Assembly: GCA_041809245.1 (NCBI GenBank)
Contig: JBGXMX010000194.1
Location: forward strand, 1-46,685
Length of the DNA: 46,685 nucleotides
Source: Glaesserella sp.
Lineage (GTDB): Bacteria; Pseudomonadota; Gammaproteobacteria; Enterobacterales; Pasteurellaceae
Reading direction: 5' to 3'
Each line of letters starts with the position of its first letter. Position 1 is the first letter of the stretch. Under the pieces are notes generated by a model. That model ran no database searches and had not been told where the DNA came from. It worked only from the letters and a program-made list of their open reading frames with translations. Positions 34,080 through 44,368 of this stretch are shown here, in pieces. Position numbers and translations under genes: made by a program.

Positions 34080-34832
34080 ATGCACTTTGAAAGACGTAGC
34101 CACTGGAGTGGTGAATTAGGGCGTGAAATGCACTTCAATGTCTATGGACACGCAGGCAAACCGGTTATCGTATTCCCATCATCGGGCGGCAATCAAAACG
34201 AATACGGCAACTTCGGCATGATCGAAGCATGTCGCTCTTTTATCGATCGCGGCTTAATTAAGTTCTACACCCCTGATTCATTCGACAGCGAATCTTGGCT
34301 TGCCGAATGGAAATCCGGGCACGATATGGCACAAGCCCATAATGCTTATGACCGTTATATTATCAATGAATTAGTGCCGTTAATCCGCCACGAATCCCAA
34401 TGGGGCGGAGCGATGATTGCAACAGGTTGCAGTATGGGTGCTTACCATACGATTAACTTTGCATTACGCCACCCGGATCTGTTCGATACCGCAATCGCAC
34501 TCAGCGGCGTATATGACGCCCGCTTTTTTACCGATGAATACCACGGCGACCAAGCGGTTTACTTCAACTCACCGATTGATTACCTTTGGAATCAACACGA
34601 TAGCTGGTTCTTAGATCGCTACCGCAAAAACCACTATATCGTCGCTGTCGGACAAGGGGCATGGGAAGAACAACACGTCGTCAGTACACAACGCTTAGAA
34701 GAAGTGTTTACCGAAAAAGGAATTCCCGGATGGTTTGATTACTGGGGACACAATGTCGATCACGACTGGCCTTGGTGGCGAGTTCAAATGCCTTACTTCT
34801 TAGGAAAATTGGAAGAACAGGGCATTATCTAA
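34080..34832 (+). CDS. Alpha/beta-hydrolase, putative esterase (COG4947-like)
   Basis: GCSMG nucleophile elbow, ALSGVYD, HDWPWW catalytic His region; no signal peptide. Confidence 0.88.
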   Translation: MHFERRSHWSGELGREMHFNVYGHAGKPVIVFPSSGGNQNEYGNFGMIEACRSFIDRGLIKFYTPDSFDSESWLAEWKSGHDMAQAHNAYDRYIINELVPLIRHESQWGGAMIATGCSMGAYHTINFALRHPDLFDTAIALSGVYDARFFTDEYHGDQAVYFNSPIDYLWNQHDSWFLDRYRKNHYIVAVGQGAWEEQHVVSTQRLEEVFTEKGIPGWFDYWGHNVDHDWPWWRVQMPYFLGKLEEQGII

Positions 34833-34852
34833 AAGTAAAAACACACCGCAAG

Positions 34853-34909
34853 GATGGCAAGCCATCTATAACGCACTACGATGGTAATGGGCGAACTGCT
34901 GTTCGCCCA
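34853..34909. repeat. Palindromes between the convergent esterase and antiporter genes
   Basis: TGGGCGAAC-tgct-GTTCGCCCA (34888-34909), resembling the GGGCGAA/TTCGCCC family, and GATGGC-aa-GCCATC (34853-34866). Confidence 0.6.
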
Positions 34910-34921
34910 AACCGTTCAAGC

Positions 34922-36004
34922 CTACGGCACAATTACCGTAAAAACATAAGCGGCTAAATTCACTAAAAGCACAATTCCATACAGCATATTGGTTTTACCG
35001 TGATTCAGCGAAAGCATTGCCACAAAAGCGGACAAGCAGAGTAAAACCATCGACTTCCAATCTAAGCCCAGCACCATATTAATATCGTAAATCAAACAAA
35101 CAATCACCACGCTTGGAATCGTCAAACCAATACTGGCTAAAGCAGAACCTAACGCAAGGTTAATGCTGGTTTGTAGCCGGTTACGGTGTGCGGCGGTTAA
35201 TGCCGCTAAACCTTCGGGCATTAATACGACAGCCGCAATAATCACCCCGACCAATGCCAACGGCGCACCGGCACTGACCACCATATTCTCAATCACCGGC
35301 GAAAGTGCTTTGGCGAGAAATACCACGATACCTAAACAAATCAACAAAAAAAGCAAACTAATTAATGCCACCTTCATTGAAGGCGGTTCTGCATGATGAG
35401 ACGGATTATCATCGTCGGCTAAGAAATAATCACGGTGACGAACGGTTTGCACCATAATAAAAGAACCGTAAAGAATCAAAGAGGCGATTGCAACAAAAAT
35501 AAGCTGTGAAGGGCTATAAGTCGGGCCTTGGGTCGAGGTGGTAAAGTTAGGTAGCACAAGAGTAAGTACTAAAATTGATACAAGGGTAACAAGCGCCGTA
35601 CTCGCAGATTTTTTACTAAAAAACTGCTCATGGTGCTTTAACCCGCCAATCATCAAACATCCGCCCAAAATACCGTTTAAAATCAACATAATCGCTGCAA
35701 ATACCGTATCTCGAGCCAAATAAGCGGCATTATCTCCGCCTGCGATCATTAACGACACAATTAACGCCACTTCAATAACGGTAATGGCTAACGCCAAAAT
35801 AATTGTCCCGAACGGCTCACCGACCTTATGCGCAACCACCTCCGCATGGTGAACCGCCGATAACACACTACCGATTAATAAAACACCGCCGCCGACCTGT
35901 AGCCATGCGCTGCTATTTACCCCAATAAAATAAAGCCCCCATGCCGCTAACGGTAAAATCAGAGACCATAACGGCAGGGGGGAATGAGCTTTTTGTGTTG
36001 GCAT
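34922..36004 (-). CDS. chaA: Ca2+(Na+,K+)/H+ antiporter, ChaA/CaCA family
   Basis: HHAEVVAHKVGEPFG, TVIEV, MPEG, GSALASIGLTIP; ATG 36004 after AAGGAG. Confidence 0.85.
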   Translation of the reverse strand: MPTQKAHSPLPLWSLILPLAAWGLYFIGVNSSAWLQVGGGVLLIGSVLSAVHHAEVVAHKVGEPFGTIILALAITVIEVALIVSLMIAGGDNAAYLARDTVFAAIMLILNGILGGCLMIGGLKHHEQFFSKKSASTALVTLVSILVLTLVLPNFTTSTQGPTYSPSQLIFVAIASLILYGSFIMVQTVRHRDYFLADDDNPSHHAEPPSMKVALISLLFLLICLGIVVFLAKALSPVIENMVVSAGAPLALVGVIIAAVVLMPEGLAALTAAHRNRLQTSINLALGSALASIGLTIPSVVIVCLIYDINMVLGLDWKSMVLLCLSAFVAMLSLNHGKTNMLYGIVLLVNLAAYVFTVIVP

Positions 36005-36069
36005 AAATGACACTCCTTACTTTATTCACAAAATATTTACAGATTTAATTTGATGACATCATAACAGAA

Positions 36070-36112
36070 ACAAGCGGTTAAATTTGAACAAAATTTTGCA
36101 AAGGTTTATACT
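36070..36112 (+). promoter_or_regulatory. rraA sigma70 promoter overlapping a USS
   Basis: ACAAGCGGT (36070-36078), TTGAAC (36084-36089), 17 nt, TATACT (36107-36112). Confidence 0.7.
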
Positions 36113-36149
36113 TCGGCACATCAACACTTTTTGAATCTAGGAGCCATGT

Positions 36150-36653
36150 ATGCGTATAGATACTTCAGAACTTTGTGACATTTACTCCGATCAAGTCGAT
36201 GTCGTCGAACCAATTTTTTCCAGTTTTGGTGGTGTATCCTCGTTTTACGGAAAAATTACCACGGTCAAATGCTTTGAAAGCAACGGATTAATTGCAGAAG
36301 TACTCGAAGAAGACGGACAAGGACGCGTGTTATTAATTGATGGCGGTGGTGTCGTTCGTCGTGCGCTGATTGACGCAGAACTCGCACAATTAGCGGTAGA
36401 TAACGGCTGGGAAGGCATTATTGTCAACGGTGCCGTCCGACAACTTGATGTACTGGAAACCCTTGATATCGGTATTCAAGCCCTAGCGCCAATCCCTGTC
36501 GGCGCAGATGACAGTGTCATCGGTGAAATTGACACTCCGGTTAACTTCGGCGGCGTTACATTTTTACCCGAAGATTATGTCTATGCCGACTTGACCGGTA
36601 TTATTCTTTCACCTGAACTATTAGATCTCACCGAAGAAAATTTATCCGCATAA
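36150..36653 (+). CDS. rraA: Regulator of ribonuclease activity A
   Basis: [33 protein letters not shown]. Confidence 0.96.
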   Translation: MRIDTSELCDIYSDQVDVVEPIFSSFGGVSSFYGKITTVKCFESNGLIAEVLEEDGQGRVLLIDGGGVVRRALIDAELAQLAVDNGWEGIIVNGAVRQLDVLETLDIGIQALAPIPVGADDSVIGEIDTPVNFGGVTFLPEDYVYADLTGIILSPELLDLTEENLSA

Positions 36654-36705
36654 ATATCCCGACAAGCGGTTAAATTTCATCAAAATTTTGCAAACAGTAT
36701 AGACG

Positions 36706-36739
36706 AAAAAGCCTTGGGTTTCCCCAAGGCTTTCTTTTT
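36706..36739. terminator. Bidirectional terminator between rraA and rplS
   Basis: AAAAA-GCCTTGGG-tttc-CCCAAGGC-TTTCTTTTT. Confidence 0.9.
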
Positions 36740-36760
36740 GCATTAACGCATAAGCGAAAA

Positions 36761-37111
36761 TTATTCGCCAAGACGCTCTTTGATACGTGCAGATTTACCT
36801 GAACGCTCACGTAAGTAGTAAAGTTTCGCTTTACGTACCGCACCTTTACGTTTAACAGCAATGCTGTCAATCGCCGGTGAGTGAGTTTGGAATACACGCT
36901 CAACGCCTACGCCGTTTGAAATTTTGCGTAAGGTGAATGCAGAATGCAAGCCACGGTTACGAATTGCAATAACCACGCCTTCGAACGCTTGCAAACGTTT
37001 TTTACTACCTTCTACTACCCATACCTTAACTTCTAATGTGTCACCTGGACGGAAGCTAGGTACGTTTTGTTTTAACTGTTCTTGTTCGATTTGTTTGATG
37101 ATGTTACTCAT
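36761..37111 (-). CDS. rplS: 50S ribosomal protein L19
   Basis: [23 protein letters not shown]. Confidence 0.99.
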   Translation of the reverse strand: MSNIIKQIEQEQLKQNVPSFRPGDTLEVKVWVVEGSKKRLQAFEGVVIAIRNRGLHSAFTLRKISNGVGVERVFQTHSPAIDSIAVKRKGAVRKAKLYYLRERSGKSARIKERLGE

Positions 37112-37124
37112 TTTAATAAACCTT

Positions 37125-37892
37125 CTATGTCCTAGAATTAACTGATTTGTGTCGTTTCTTTATGTTATTCAACAACACGCGTTGTTCGTCAGTCAGAGCT
37201 AGGCTATCCAATAGCTCAGGGCGTCTTAACCACGTTCGTTCCAGCGACTGTTCTAATCGCCATTTACGAATTTGTTCGTGATGACCCGACATCAGCACTT
37301 GCGGTACAGGTAAACCGTCTAACACTTCAGGGCGAGTATAATGTGGACAATCTAATAAACCTTCTGCGAAAGAGTCTTCCAACGCCGAAGCCTGTTTGCC
37401 TAATACCCCAGGGATAAACCGTGCAACAGCGTCAATTAACGTCATTGCAGGAAGTTCCCCCCCTGTAAGAACATAATCACCGATTGACCATTCTTCATCA
37501 ATTTCAGTTTGAATCAATCGCTCGTCAATGCCTTCGTAACGCCCACAAACCAAAATCAATTTTTGATTTGTTGCCAGCGTTTGTACGCCTGCTTGATCAA
37601 GTTTACGTCCTTGCGGTGAGAGATAAATCACTTTAGCTTCTACACCGTCTTCCTTACAAGCGGTTGCTTTTGCTTCACGAATTGCATCACGAAGCGGTTG
37701 CACCATCATCAACATACCCGGCCCACCACCATAAGGGCGGTCATCCACCGTTTTATGTTTGTCAAATGTGAAATCACGGGGATTCCAACACTGAACTTGT
37801 AAGAGATTTTGTTTTACTGCTCTACCTGTTACCCCAAAATCAGTAATTGCTTTAAACATTTCGGGGAAAAGGGAAATAATACCAATCCACAT
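37125..37892 (-). CDS. trmD: tRNA (guanine37-N1)-methyltransferase
   Basis: [31 protein letters not shown]. Confidence 0.99.
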   Translation of the reverse strand: MWIGIISLFPEMFKAITDFGVTGRAVKQNLLQVQCWNPRDFTFDKHKTVDDRPYGGGPGMLMMVQPLRDAIREAKATACKEDGVEAKVIYLSPQGRKLDQAGVQTLATNQKLILVCGRYEGIDERLIQTEIDEEWSIGDYVLTGGELPAMTLIDAVARFIPGVLGKQASALEDSFAEGLLDCPHYTRPEVLDGLPVPQVLMSGHHEQIRKWRLEQSLERTWLRRPELLDSLALTDEQRVLLNNIKKRHKSVNSRT

Positions 37893-37940
37893 ATTTTGAC
37901 CTACGAAATGCGACTGCTAAAGCTCACTGCATACCTGAGG

Positions 37941-38468
37941 TTAGAAACCAGCGTCCCAATCCACTGTAATTATTTTAGTGGCGAGATCTACTCTTTTAAC
38001 TACTTGTTCATATAAGAACGGGATTAAACGTTCTTGCTTACCGAAAGCATCTTTACTGCCGGCTCTTACCACCAACACATCATTTGAACCTGTTTCCATC
38101 ATTTCAGTCACAGTTCCCATTGCGTAGCCTTCAAGGTTTACCACTTGGCAACCGATTAAATCGTGCCAATAATAATCCCCTTCTTCCAATTCTGGAAACA
38201 CGGCTAAATCCACACCGATTTCGGCATTGGTTAATAGCTGTGCGGTTTCACGGTCTTCTGTGCCTTTTAATTTCACAATCAAATCATTATTGTGATAACG
38301 CCAACTTTCGAGTTCAACTTGTTGCCATTGTCCTTTAATTTTTAAGAACCACGGCTGATAATCGAAAATGCTTTCAGGATATTCTGTCGATGAATAAAGG
38401 CGTAGCCAGCCACGGATACCATAGGTTGAACCTAATTTTCCGACAACTTCAATTTTTTGCTCGCTCAT
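37941..38468 (-). CDS. rimM: Ribosome maturation factor RimM
   Basis: [29 protein letters not shown]. Confidence 0.98.
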   Translation of the reverse strand: MSEQKIEVVGKLGSTYGIRGWLRLYSSTEYPESIFDYQPWFLKIKGQWQQVELESWRYHNNDLIVKLKGTEDRETAQLLTNAEIGVDLAVFPELEEGDYYWHDLIGCQVVNLEGYAMGTVTEMMETGSNDVLVVRAGSKDAFGKQERLIPFLYEQVVKRVDLATKIITVDWDAGF

Positions 38469-38495
38469 ACTCACCTACTTATTTAATTTGTAGAA

Positions 38496-38744
38496 TTAAG
38501 CTGCTTGACGCGCTTCTTTCACTAATACTGCAACACGATCAGAAAGTGATGCACCTTTAGCAACCCAAGCATCAACTTTAGCAACGTCTAAACGTAAACG
38601 TTCTGCGTTACCAGTTGCGATAGGGTTGAAGAAACCGATACGCTCGATGAAACGACCGTCGCGTGGGCTACGGCTGTCAGCGACAACGATTTGATAGAAT
38701 GGGCGTTTTTTAGCTCCGCCACGAGATAAACGAATGGTTACCAT
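38496..38744 (-). CDS. rpsP: 30S ribosomal protein S16
   Basis: [25 protein letters not shown]. Confidence 0.99.
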   Translation of the reverse strand: MVTIRLSRGGAKKRPFYQIVVADSRSPRDGRFIERIGFFNPIATGNAERLRLDVAKVDAWVAKGASLSDRVAVLVKEARQAA

Positions 38745-38828
38745 AACCGTCCTCTAAAAGTTTAATGATAGTAAAAAAGAAAACCCTCGTTCGAGGTGAG
38801 GGTGCGAAACTTGTTCAAAAAAGAGAGA

Positions 38829-38868
38829 ACAAGCGGTCGGATTATACGGATTTTTTGCAAAAAGGCAA
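38829..38868 (-). promoter_or_regulatory. rpsP operon promoter overlapping a USS
   Basis: TTGCCT (38868-38863), 16 nt, TATAAT (38846-38841); USS core at 38829-38837. Confidence 0.65.
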
Positions 38869-38891
38869 GGAAATCCCCCCTTTCCACAAAC

Positions 38892-38921
38892 AAAAACACC
38901 GCCTTGACAGCGGTGCTTTTT
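38892..38921 (-). terminator. Terminator after the phosphohexomutase gene
   Basis: CACCGC-cttgaca-GCGGTG stem flanked by A and T runs. Confidence 0.75.
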
Positions 38922-38937
38922 CACTTAATTTTTGCAA

Positions 38938-40596
38938 TTAACAATCTTGCTTACCATACTGCTCTTGGCGAAGAATTGCACGCACGCTTGCATCGAACTG
39001 TGCCAATACTTCTTCCGCATTTTTCGGATCAGTACCACGCGCATCTAAGTAGAACTTAATTTTTGGTTCTGTGCCTGATGGACGAGCGATTAAACGGCTG
39101 CCGTTTTCAAGTACAAACACTAAAATATCGCTTTGGCGATCTGTTTTGGTGTGATCTAAGAAAGTCGCTACTTTGAAACCGCCGACTTCGCTTGGTGGGT
39201 TAGTGCGTAATGCTGTCATTAACTTACCGATTGCGGATAAATCATCAACACGGATAGAGATCTGACCGCTTACATAAGCCCCAAACTCTTTAGTAAAGTC
39301 ATCTGCATAATCTGCTAAGGTTTTGCCTTCTTTTTTCAAGCTACGCACAAGATCTAAGAACATAATCGCTGCAGAGATACCATCTTTATCACGTACTTTA
39401 TCCGGGTCAACCAAGTAGCCTAATGCCTCTTCAAAGCCGAATAATAAGCCGTTTACTTTACCGATATATTTGAAGCCTGTCAGTGTTTCTTCTGACTCAA
39501 AGCCATATTTCTTCGCAATTTCTGCAAGTGCTGGGGAAGATACCAGTGAACAAGCTAAAATACCTTTTTTGCCTTGTGCGTGATATTGTTTTGCCAAATA
39601 CCAGCCTAAGAAGCAGCCGATCACGTTGCCGTGTAAAGGCTTCCAGTTACCTTGTGCATCCGGTAAAGCTACTGCCAAACGGTCTGCATCCGGGTCGTTA
39701 GCAATAATAAATTCCGCATTTCTCTCTTTAGCTACTTTAATCGCTAAATCTAATGCCCCTTTCTCTTCCGGGTTCGGGAAGTTTACCGTTGGGAATGTGC
39801 CGTCCGGCCATACTTGTTCTGCAACGATAGACGGTTGCGGTAAACCTGCTTTGGCTAATGTTTTGCTTAATACTTCATAGCCTACGCCGTGCATTGCGGT
39901 ATAAACATAGTTAATATCAACTTGCGGTTCTTTAGCAAGGCTTGCTGTTTTTGCAATATACGCATCAACAATTTCATCATCTAATACGATGTAATTTTGA
40001 CTGCGTGGTAAATCTTTAACGTTGCCTTGTGCAACTTTATCAATGCAAGCAGCGATTTCTTGGTCTGCCGGAGAAACAATTTGACCACCACCGTTTGCTT
40101 TACCTAAATAAACTTTATAGCCGTTATCTTCAGGCGGGTTATGGCTTGCTGTAACCATTACACCTGCGGTAGTGTCAAAATACTTGATTGCATACGCAAG
40201 TACCGGGGTTGGTAATTTTCTTGGAAGAAGGTAAGTTTTAATGCCTGCTGCTGCCATAATTTCTGCAGTATCACGGGCAAATACGTCCGAATTTTTACGT
40301 CCGTCATAACCTAACACGATAGATGGCTCTTTATCATAACCTTTGAGGAATTCCGCCAAACCGCCTGCCGCTTGAGCGACAAGTACACGGTTCATCCCCA
40401 TTGAGCCTGCTTGTAAGCGGCCGCGTAAGCCGGCAGTACCGAATTGTAAGCGACCGTCAAAACGGCTTGCAAGCTCAGTTTGTGCTTTGGCATCCCCTGC
40501 TTTTGCCTGCGAAATGAGCTGTTCTAACTCTGCGCGAGTTTCTAAATCAGGGTCTTGATCTAACCAATTTTGAGCGACTTGAAAGAGAGTTTCCAT
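38938..40596 (-). CDS. Phosphoglucomutase/phosphomannomutase family protein
   Basis: FGTAGLRG, TASHNP phosphoserine, DPDADR metal site, FEEALG, RPSGTEPK. Confidence 0.93.
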   Translation of the reverse strand: METLFQVAQNWLDQDPDLETRAELEQLISQAKAGDAKAQTELASRFDGRLQFGTAGLRGRLQAGSMGMNRVLVAQAAGGLAEFLKGYDKEPSIVLGYDGRKNSDVFARDTAEIMAAAGIKTYLLPRKLPTPVLAYAIKYFDTTAGVMVTASHNPPEDNGYKVYLGKANGGGQIVSPADQEIAACIDKVAQGNVKDLPRSQNYIVLDDEIVDAYIAKTASLAKEPQVDINYVYTAMHGVGYEVLSKTLAKAGLPQPSIVAEQVWPDGTFPTVNFPNPEEKGALDLAIKVAKERNAEFIIANDPDADRLAVALPDAQGNWKPLHGNVIGCFLGWYLAKQYHAQGKKGILACSLVSSPALAEIAKKYGFESEETLTGFKYIGKVNGLLFGFEEALGYLVDPDKVRDKDGISAAIMFLDLVRSLKKEGKTLADYADDFTKEFGAYVSGQISIRVDDLSAIGKLMTALRTNPPSEVGGFKVATFLDHTKTDRQSDILVFVLENGSRLIARPSGTEPKIKFYLDARGTDPKNAEEVLAQFDASVRAILRQEQYGKQDC

Positions 40597-40733
40597 AGTG
40601 AGTTTCCTTAAATCAAATAAGCAAATAAATGTTGCTAGACTAGCTGAAAAAGAGAGAGATTGGAACGATTATTTGTAAATATTGTGAAGTTATTTGACAT
40701 GAATAAAAATAATCTGTCACACACAAAAAAATA

Positions 40734-41258
40734 CTATAACGGGCTTTCGATATTAAGCAGCCCTAACATCTTCACAATGGCTAAAATCAAACTCGAACGC
40801 ATCGCCCTCTCAATACGCATTTGCTGTACTTGCGATTGCATCGAGTCTTTATTGTCAATGTTCGGCACGAGTTTTAACAACTCTTTGACTTGAAACAGAT
40901 CAATATGATGAAGCCGTTTGGCAAATGCGATAACAAACGGGCTGGAGAAACCGTGTTCTTCCACTTCATCACTCATTTTGCTCTTCATTTCAAGAAAGGT
41001 GGTGATGTCTTCATAAAGTTCGGCAGAAATCACCCCCAAACCTAATAATAACTTCAAACGAACGGATAATTCAGCCAGTGGACCTTGATGTTCAAAAAGC
41101 GAATCGACCACTGACTTTAAGGCAAAGTCCGTTTTGCGAAAAACCCGTTGTACCAATTGCTCAATCTGTTCGGCAAATTGGAGGGTCGACAAAGCAAGGA
41201 AGCCTCGAAACGAAGCCACCTCGCTTAGCTGTTCAATGAAATTATCTTGTGTAAGCAT
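40734..41258 (-). CDS. mtlR: Mannitol operon repressor, MtlR family
   Basis: GPLAELSVRLKLLLGLGVIS motif; directly after mtlD. Confidence 0.85.
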   Translation of the reverse strand: MLTQDNFIEQLSEVASFRGFLALSTLQFAEQIEQLVQRVFRKTDFALKSVVDSLFEHQGPLAELSVRLKLLLGLGVISAELYEDITTFLEMKSKMSDEVEEHGFSSPFVIAFAKRLHHIDLFQVKELLKLVPNIDNKDSMQSQVQQMRIERAMRSSLILAIVKMLGLLNIESPL

Positions 41259-41263
41259 AACGA

Positions 41264-42403
41264 TTAGGCATAAAGCGCAACGATGCGGGCAATCACTGCT
41301 TCATCCGTTAAACCGGTATAATGTTTCACTGCAGCATATACACCTTGATTTGCAATAAATTCGGCTAATTCGACCGCTTGCGGATCCTCTTCATTGCGAT
41401 ATTGCAACGCCATCACGACACCTTTTAGCAAGTGTTGATTCTCTAAGCCGTATTCAAGCGTACCAAGCAATGGCTTGATGAGGCGGTCATTCGGGCTTAA
41501 TTTACGAATCGGTTCACGTCCGACACGATTAACGTCATCATTTAAATACGGGTTGGCAAAGCGTTTGAGAATTTTCTCAATATAAGCCGCATGAGCAGCC
41601 GGGTCAAAACCGTAACGTTTAATTAGTACTGCACCGCTTTCTTCCATGGTGGCTTTTACCGCTTGTTTTACCGCGTCAATCGCAATCGCTTCTTTAATCC
41701 ATTTTACCCCCGCTTGTTTACCCAAATAGGCAGAGATTAAATGCCCTGTATTTAAAGTGAACAGTTTGCGCTCGACAAACGCCATTAAGTTATCGGTTAA
41801 TTCCATACCCGCAATTTGTGGAATATCGCCTTTAAATTGGGTTTGATCGACAATCCATTCGCTGAATTCTTCCACTGTTACTTCAAGCGGATCTTCCGGG
41901 TTAAGCTCTGCTGGAGGAACGATTCTATCCACCGCAGAATCAACAAACCCCACCACTTGTTCGATCTGTTGCTGTTGTTGCTCGGTAAGGTGTTCAAAAA
42001 TTTTCGCTTTAAAGAACGAGGTGCCACGCACCATATTTTCACAAGCAATTATGTTAAGTGGCTGTTTATTTCCCGCTTCAATACGGGCAACAAGGGCTTT
42101 GGCAAACAGTGGCGCAATAAAACCCAGAACATTCGGGCCGACTGCGGTGGTAATTAAATCAACGGTTTTGACTTTTTCAATCACGGCATTTTCATCTTTT
42201 GAATTGATGGCATCAATATTGTTCACCACTTCAACACGGCTAGCATCACCGACAATTTTAACGCCATATTGTTTGTTTTGATTGATTTGATCGATTTGAG
42301 TTTGGTTAATATCAGCGAACGTGACATGAACATTGGAATCCACTAATAATTTACCGATAAAACCACGTCCGATATTGCCGGCACCAAAATGTAATGCGTT
42401 CAT
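41264..42403 (-). CDS. mtlD: Mannitol-1-phosphate 5-dehydrogenase
   Basis: [36 protein letters not shown]. Confidence 0.98.
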   Translation of the reverse strand: MNALHFGAGNIGRGFIGKLLVDSNVHVTFADINQTQIDQINQNKQYGVKIVGDASRVEVVNNIDAINSKDENAVIEKVKTVDLITTAVGPNVLGFIAPLFAKALVARIEAGNKQPLNIIACENMVRGTSFFKAKIFEHLTEQQQQQIEQVVGFVDSAVDRIVPPAELNPEDPLEVTVEEFSEWIVDQTQFKGDIPQIAGMELTDNLMAFVERKLFTLNTGHLISAYLGKQAGVKWIKEAIAIDAVKQAVKATMEESGAVLIKRYGFDPAAHAAYIEKILKRFANPYLNDDVNRVGREPIRKLSPNDRLIKPLLGTLEYGLENQHLLKGVVMALQYRNEEDPQAVELAEFIANQGVYAAVKHYTGLTDEAVIARIVALYA

Positions 42404-42420
42404 AATTTACTCCGAAGTGT

Positions 42421-42450
42421 AAAAGGGCGTACCTTGATACGCCCTGTTTT
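42421..42450 (-). terminator. Intra-operon hairpin between mtlA and mtlD
   Basis: AGGGCGTA-ccttga-TACGCCCT stem followed by a short T run on the minus strand. Confidence 0.55.
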
Positions 42451-42452
42451 CA

Positions 42453-44321
42453 TTAAGATTTTAGTAATGTTAACACTTTTTCTACATCATTTGTGGATGT
42501 GAGTGTTGCGATTGCTTCAGCACTATCCAGTGCATTGGTAATTGCCGTCAGCACTTGAACATGTTCGTTGTTACGCGCCGCAATACCGATCACCAGTTTG
42601 GCAATACCGTCTTCTTCATCGGTAAAACGAACCCCTTCAGGATATTGGCAAACCACGATACCGGTTTTCAAAACCGAATCTTTGGCATCCACGGTACCGT
42701 GCGGAACCGCTAATCCTTCGCCTAAATAGGTTGAAACTAACTCTTCACGGGCAAACATTGCATCCACATAAGCCGGTAATACGAAGCCGGATTTCACTAA
42801 CTGCTCGCCGGCAAAGCGAATTGCATCCGCTTTATTCTCGGCTTTTAAGCCTAAGAAGATCTGCTCTTTACCTAAGGTAAATGTCGCACCGTTTACTTCA
42901 ACCACATTTTCTTGCACAGCCGGCGCCGAAGTATTGCTAAAAGTCGCTTTTAACTCATTGACCAAACTGTCGTAGAACTTGTTATCTAAGAAGTTTTGTA
43001 GAGATAAATGCATTGCATTCGGCACCTGTTTTTTCGCACGTAGCGTTAAGTCTTGGTGGGTAATGACCAAACGGGCATTACTTGGTAAGTCGTTAATTGC
43101 ATAGTTTACGACTTCAACCGGCAAGCCTGCTTCTTTGATTTTCTTACGTAGCATACTTGCGCCCATCGCACTTGAGCCCATACCTGCATCGCAAGAAACG
43201 AAGATTTTGGTTAAGCCTTTGTAATCGGTTACCACTTCATTCGGGTTACCTGCTTTCATGGCTTTTGATGCCGCTTGTGCTTCGGCTAATTTATCAGAAC
43301 CGTCATTTTTTTGAATTTTTAAGAAGAAGGCTGCGATAGTGAAAGAAACCGCTGTTGCCACCGCCACAGAAAGTAATACACCGACAATTGAAGCTGATGG
43401 CGTCATCGCTAATACCGCAATGATAGAACCCGGTGAAGCCGGTGCGATTAAGCCCGCATTAAATAACACTAAAGTGAATACGCCTGATGCACCGCCTGCG
43501 ATTACCGCAAGTAATAAACGTGGGTTCATCAATACATAAGGGAAATAGATTTCGTGAATACCGCCAAGGAAGTGGATCACCGCCGCACCGCCAGCCGTTT
43601 GTTTTGCCGAACCTTTACCGAATAAGATATAGGCTAATAGGATACCTAAGCCCGGGCCCGGGTTTGCTTCAATTAAGAAGAAGATAGATTGACCGACTTC
43701 TTGAGATTGTTGAATACCGAGTGGCGAGAAGATACCGTGGTTAATTGCATTGTTTAGGAACAAGATCTTCGCCGGTTCAACAAAGATAGAAGTAAGCGGT
43801 AATAAATGCGCTTGAACAAGTACATCAACGCCGGCAGCTAAGGCTTTGGATAAAACGCTAACAGCAGGGCCAATCACATAGAAGAACAGAATAGCAAGGA
43901 TCATACCGATAATACCGGATGAGAAGTTATTGACTAACATCTCAAAACCGCTTTTGATTTTACCGTCCGCCCATTGGTCAAATTTCTTAATTGCCCAACC
44001 GCCGGTCGGCCCTGCAATCATCGCACCTAAGAACATCGGAATATCGGTACCAATGATAACACCCGCCGTCGTAATCGCACCGACCACGGCACCACGATCT
44101 CCGCCGACTAATTTACCGCCGGTGTAACCGATAAGTAACGGCAGTAAGTAAGTGATCATCGGGCCGACCAATTTGGCTAAGGTTTCATTCGGAAACCAAC
44201 CCGTCGGAATGAAGAGAGCGGTAATAAAACCCCAAGCGATAAACGCCCCGATATTAGGCATTACCATGTTGGATAAGAAACGTCCGAAACTTTGGACTTT
44301 AACTTTTAGATTTGAAGACAT
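42453..44321 (-). CDS. mtlA: PTS mannitol transporter EIICBA
   Basis: GRFLSNMVMPNIG, GGIHEIYFPY, CDAGMGSS (IIB), AVPHG (IIA); start 44321 after GAGGT. Confidence 0.98.
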   Translation of the reverse strand: MSSNLKVKVQSFGRFLSNMVMPNIGAFIAWGFITALFIPTGWFPNETLAKLVGPMITYLLPLLIGYTGGKLVGGDRGAVVGAITTAGVIIGTDIPMFLGAMIAGPTGGWAIKKFDQWADGKIKSGFEMLVNNFSSGIIGMILAILFFYVIGPAVSVLSKALAAGVDVLVQAHLLPLTSIFVEPAKILFLNNAINHGIFSPLGIQQSQEVGQSIFFLIEANPGPGLGILLAYILFGKGSAKQTAGGAAVIHFLGGIHEIYFPYVLMNPRLLLAVIAGGASGVFTLVLFNAGLIAPASPGSIIAVLAMTPSASIVGVLLSVAVATAVSFTIAAFFLKIQKNDGSDKLAEAQAASKAMKAGNPNEVVTDYKGLTKIFVSCDAGMGSSAMGASMLRKKIKEAGLPVEVVNYAINDLPSNARLVITHQDLTLRAKKQVPNAMHLSLQNFLDNKFYDSLVNELKATFSNTSAPAVQENVVEVNGATFTLGKEQIFLGLKAENKADAIRFAGEQLVKSGFVLPAYVDAMFAREELVSTYLGEGLAVPHGTVDAKDSVLKTGIVVCQYPEGVRFTDEEDGIAKLVIGIAARNNEHVQVLTAITNALDSAEAIATLTSTNDVEKVLTLLKS

Positions 44322-44368
44322 AGCGACCTCATTGTTGAGAGAAATAACAGGGTATGAAAATTGCGTGC

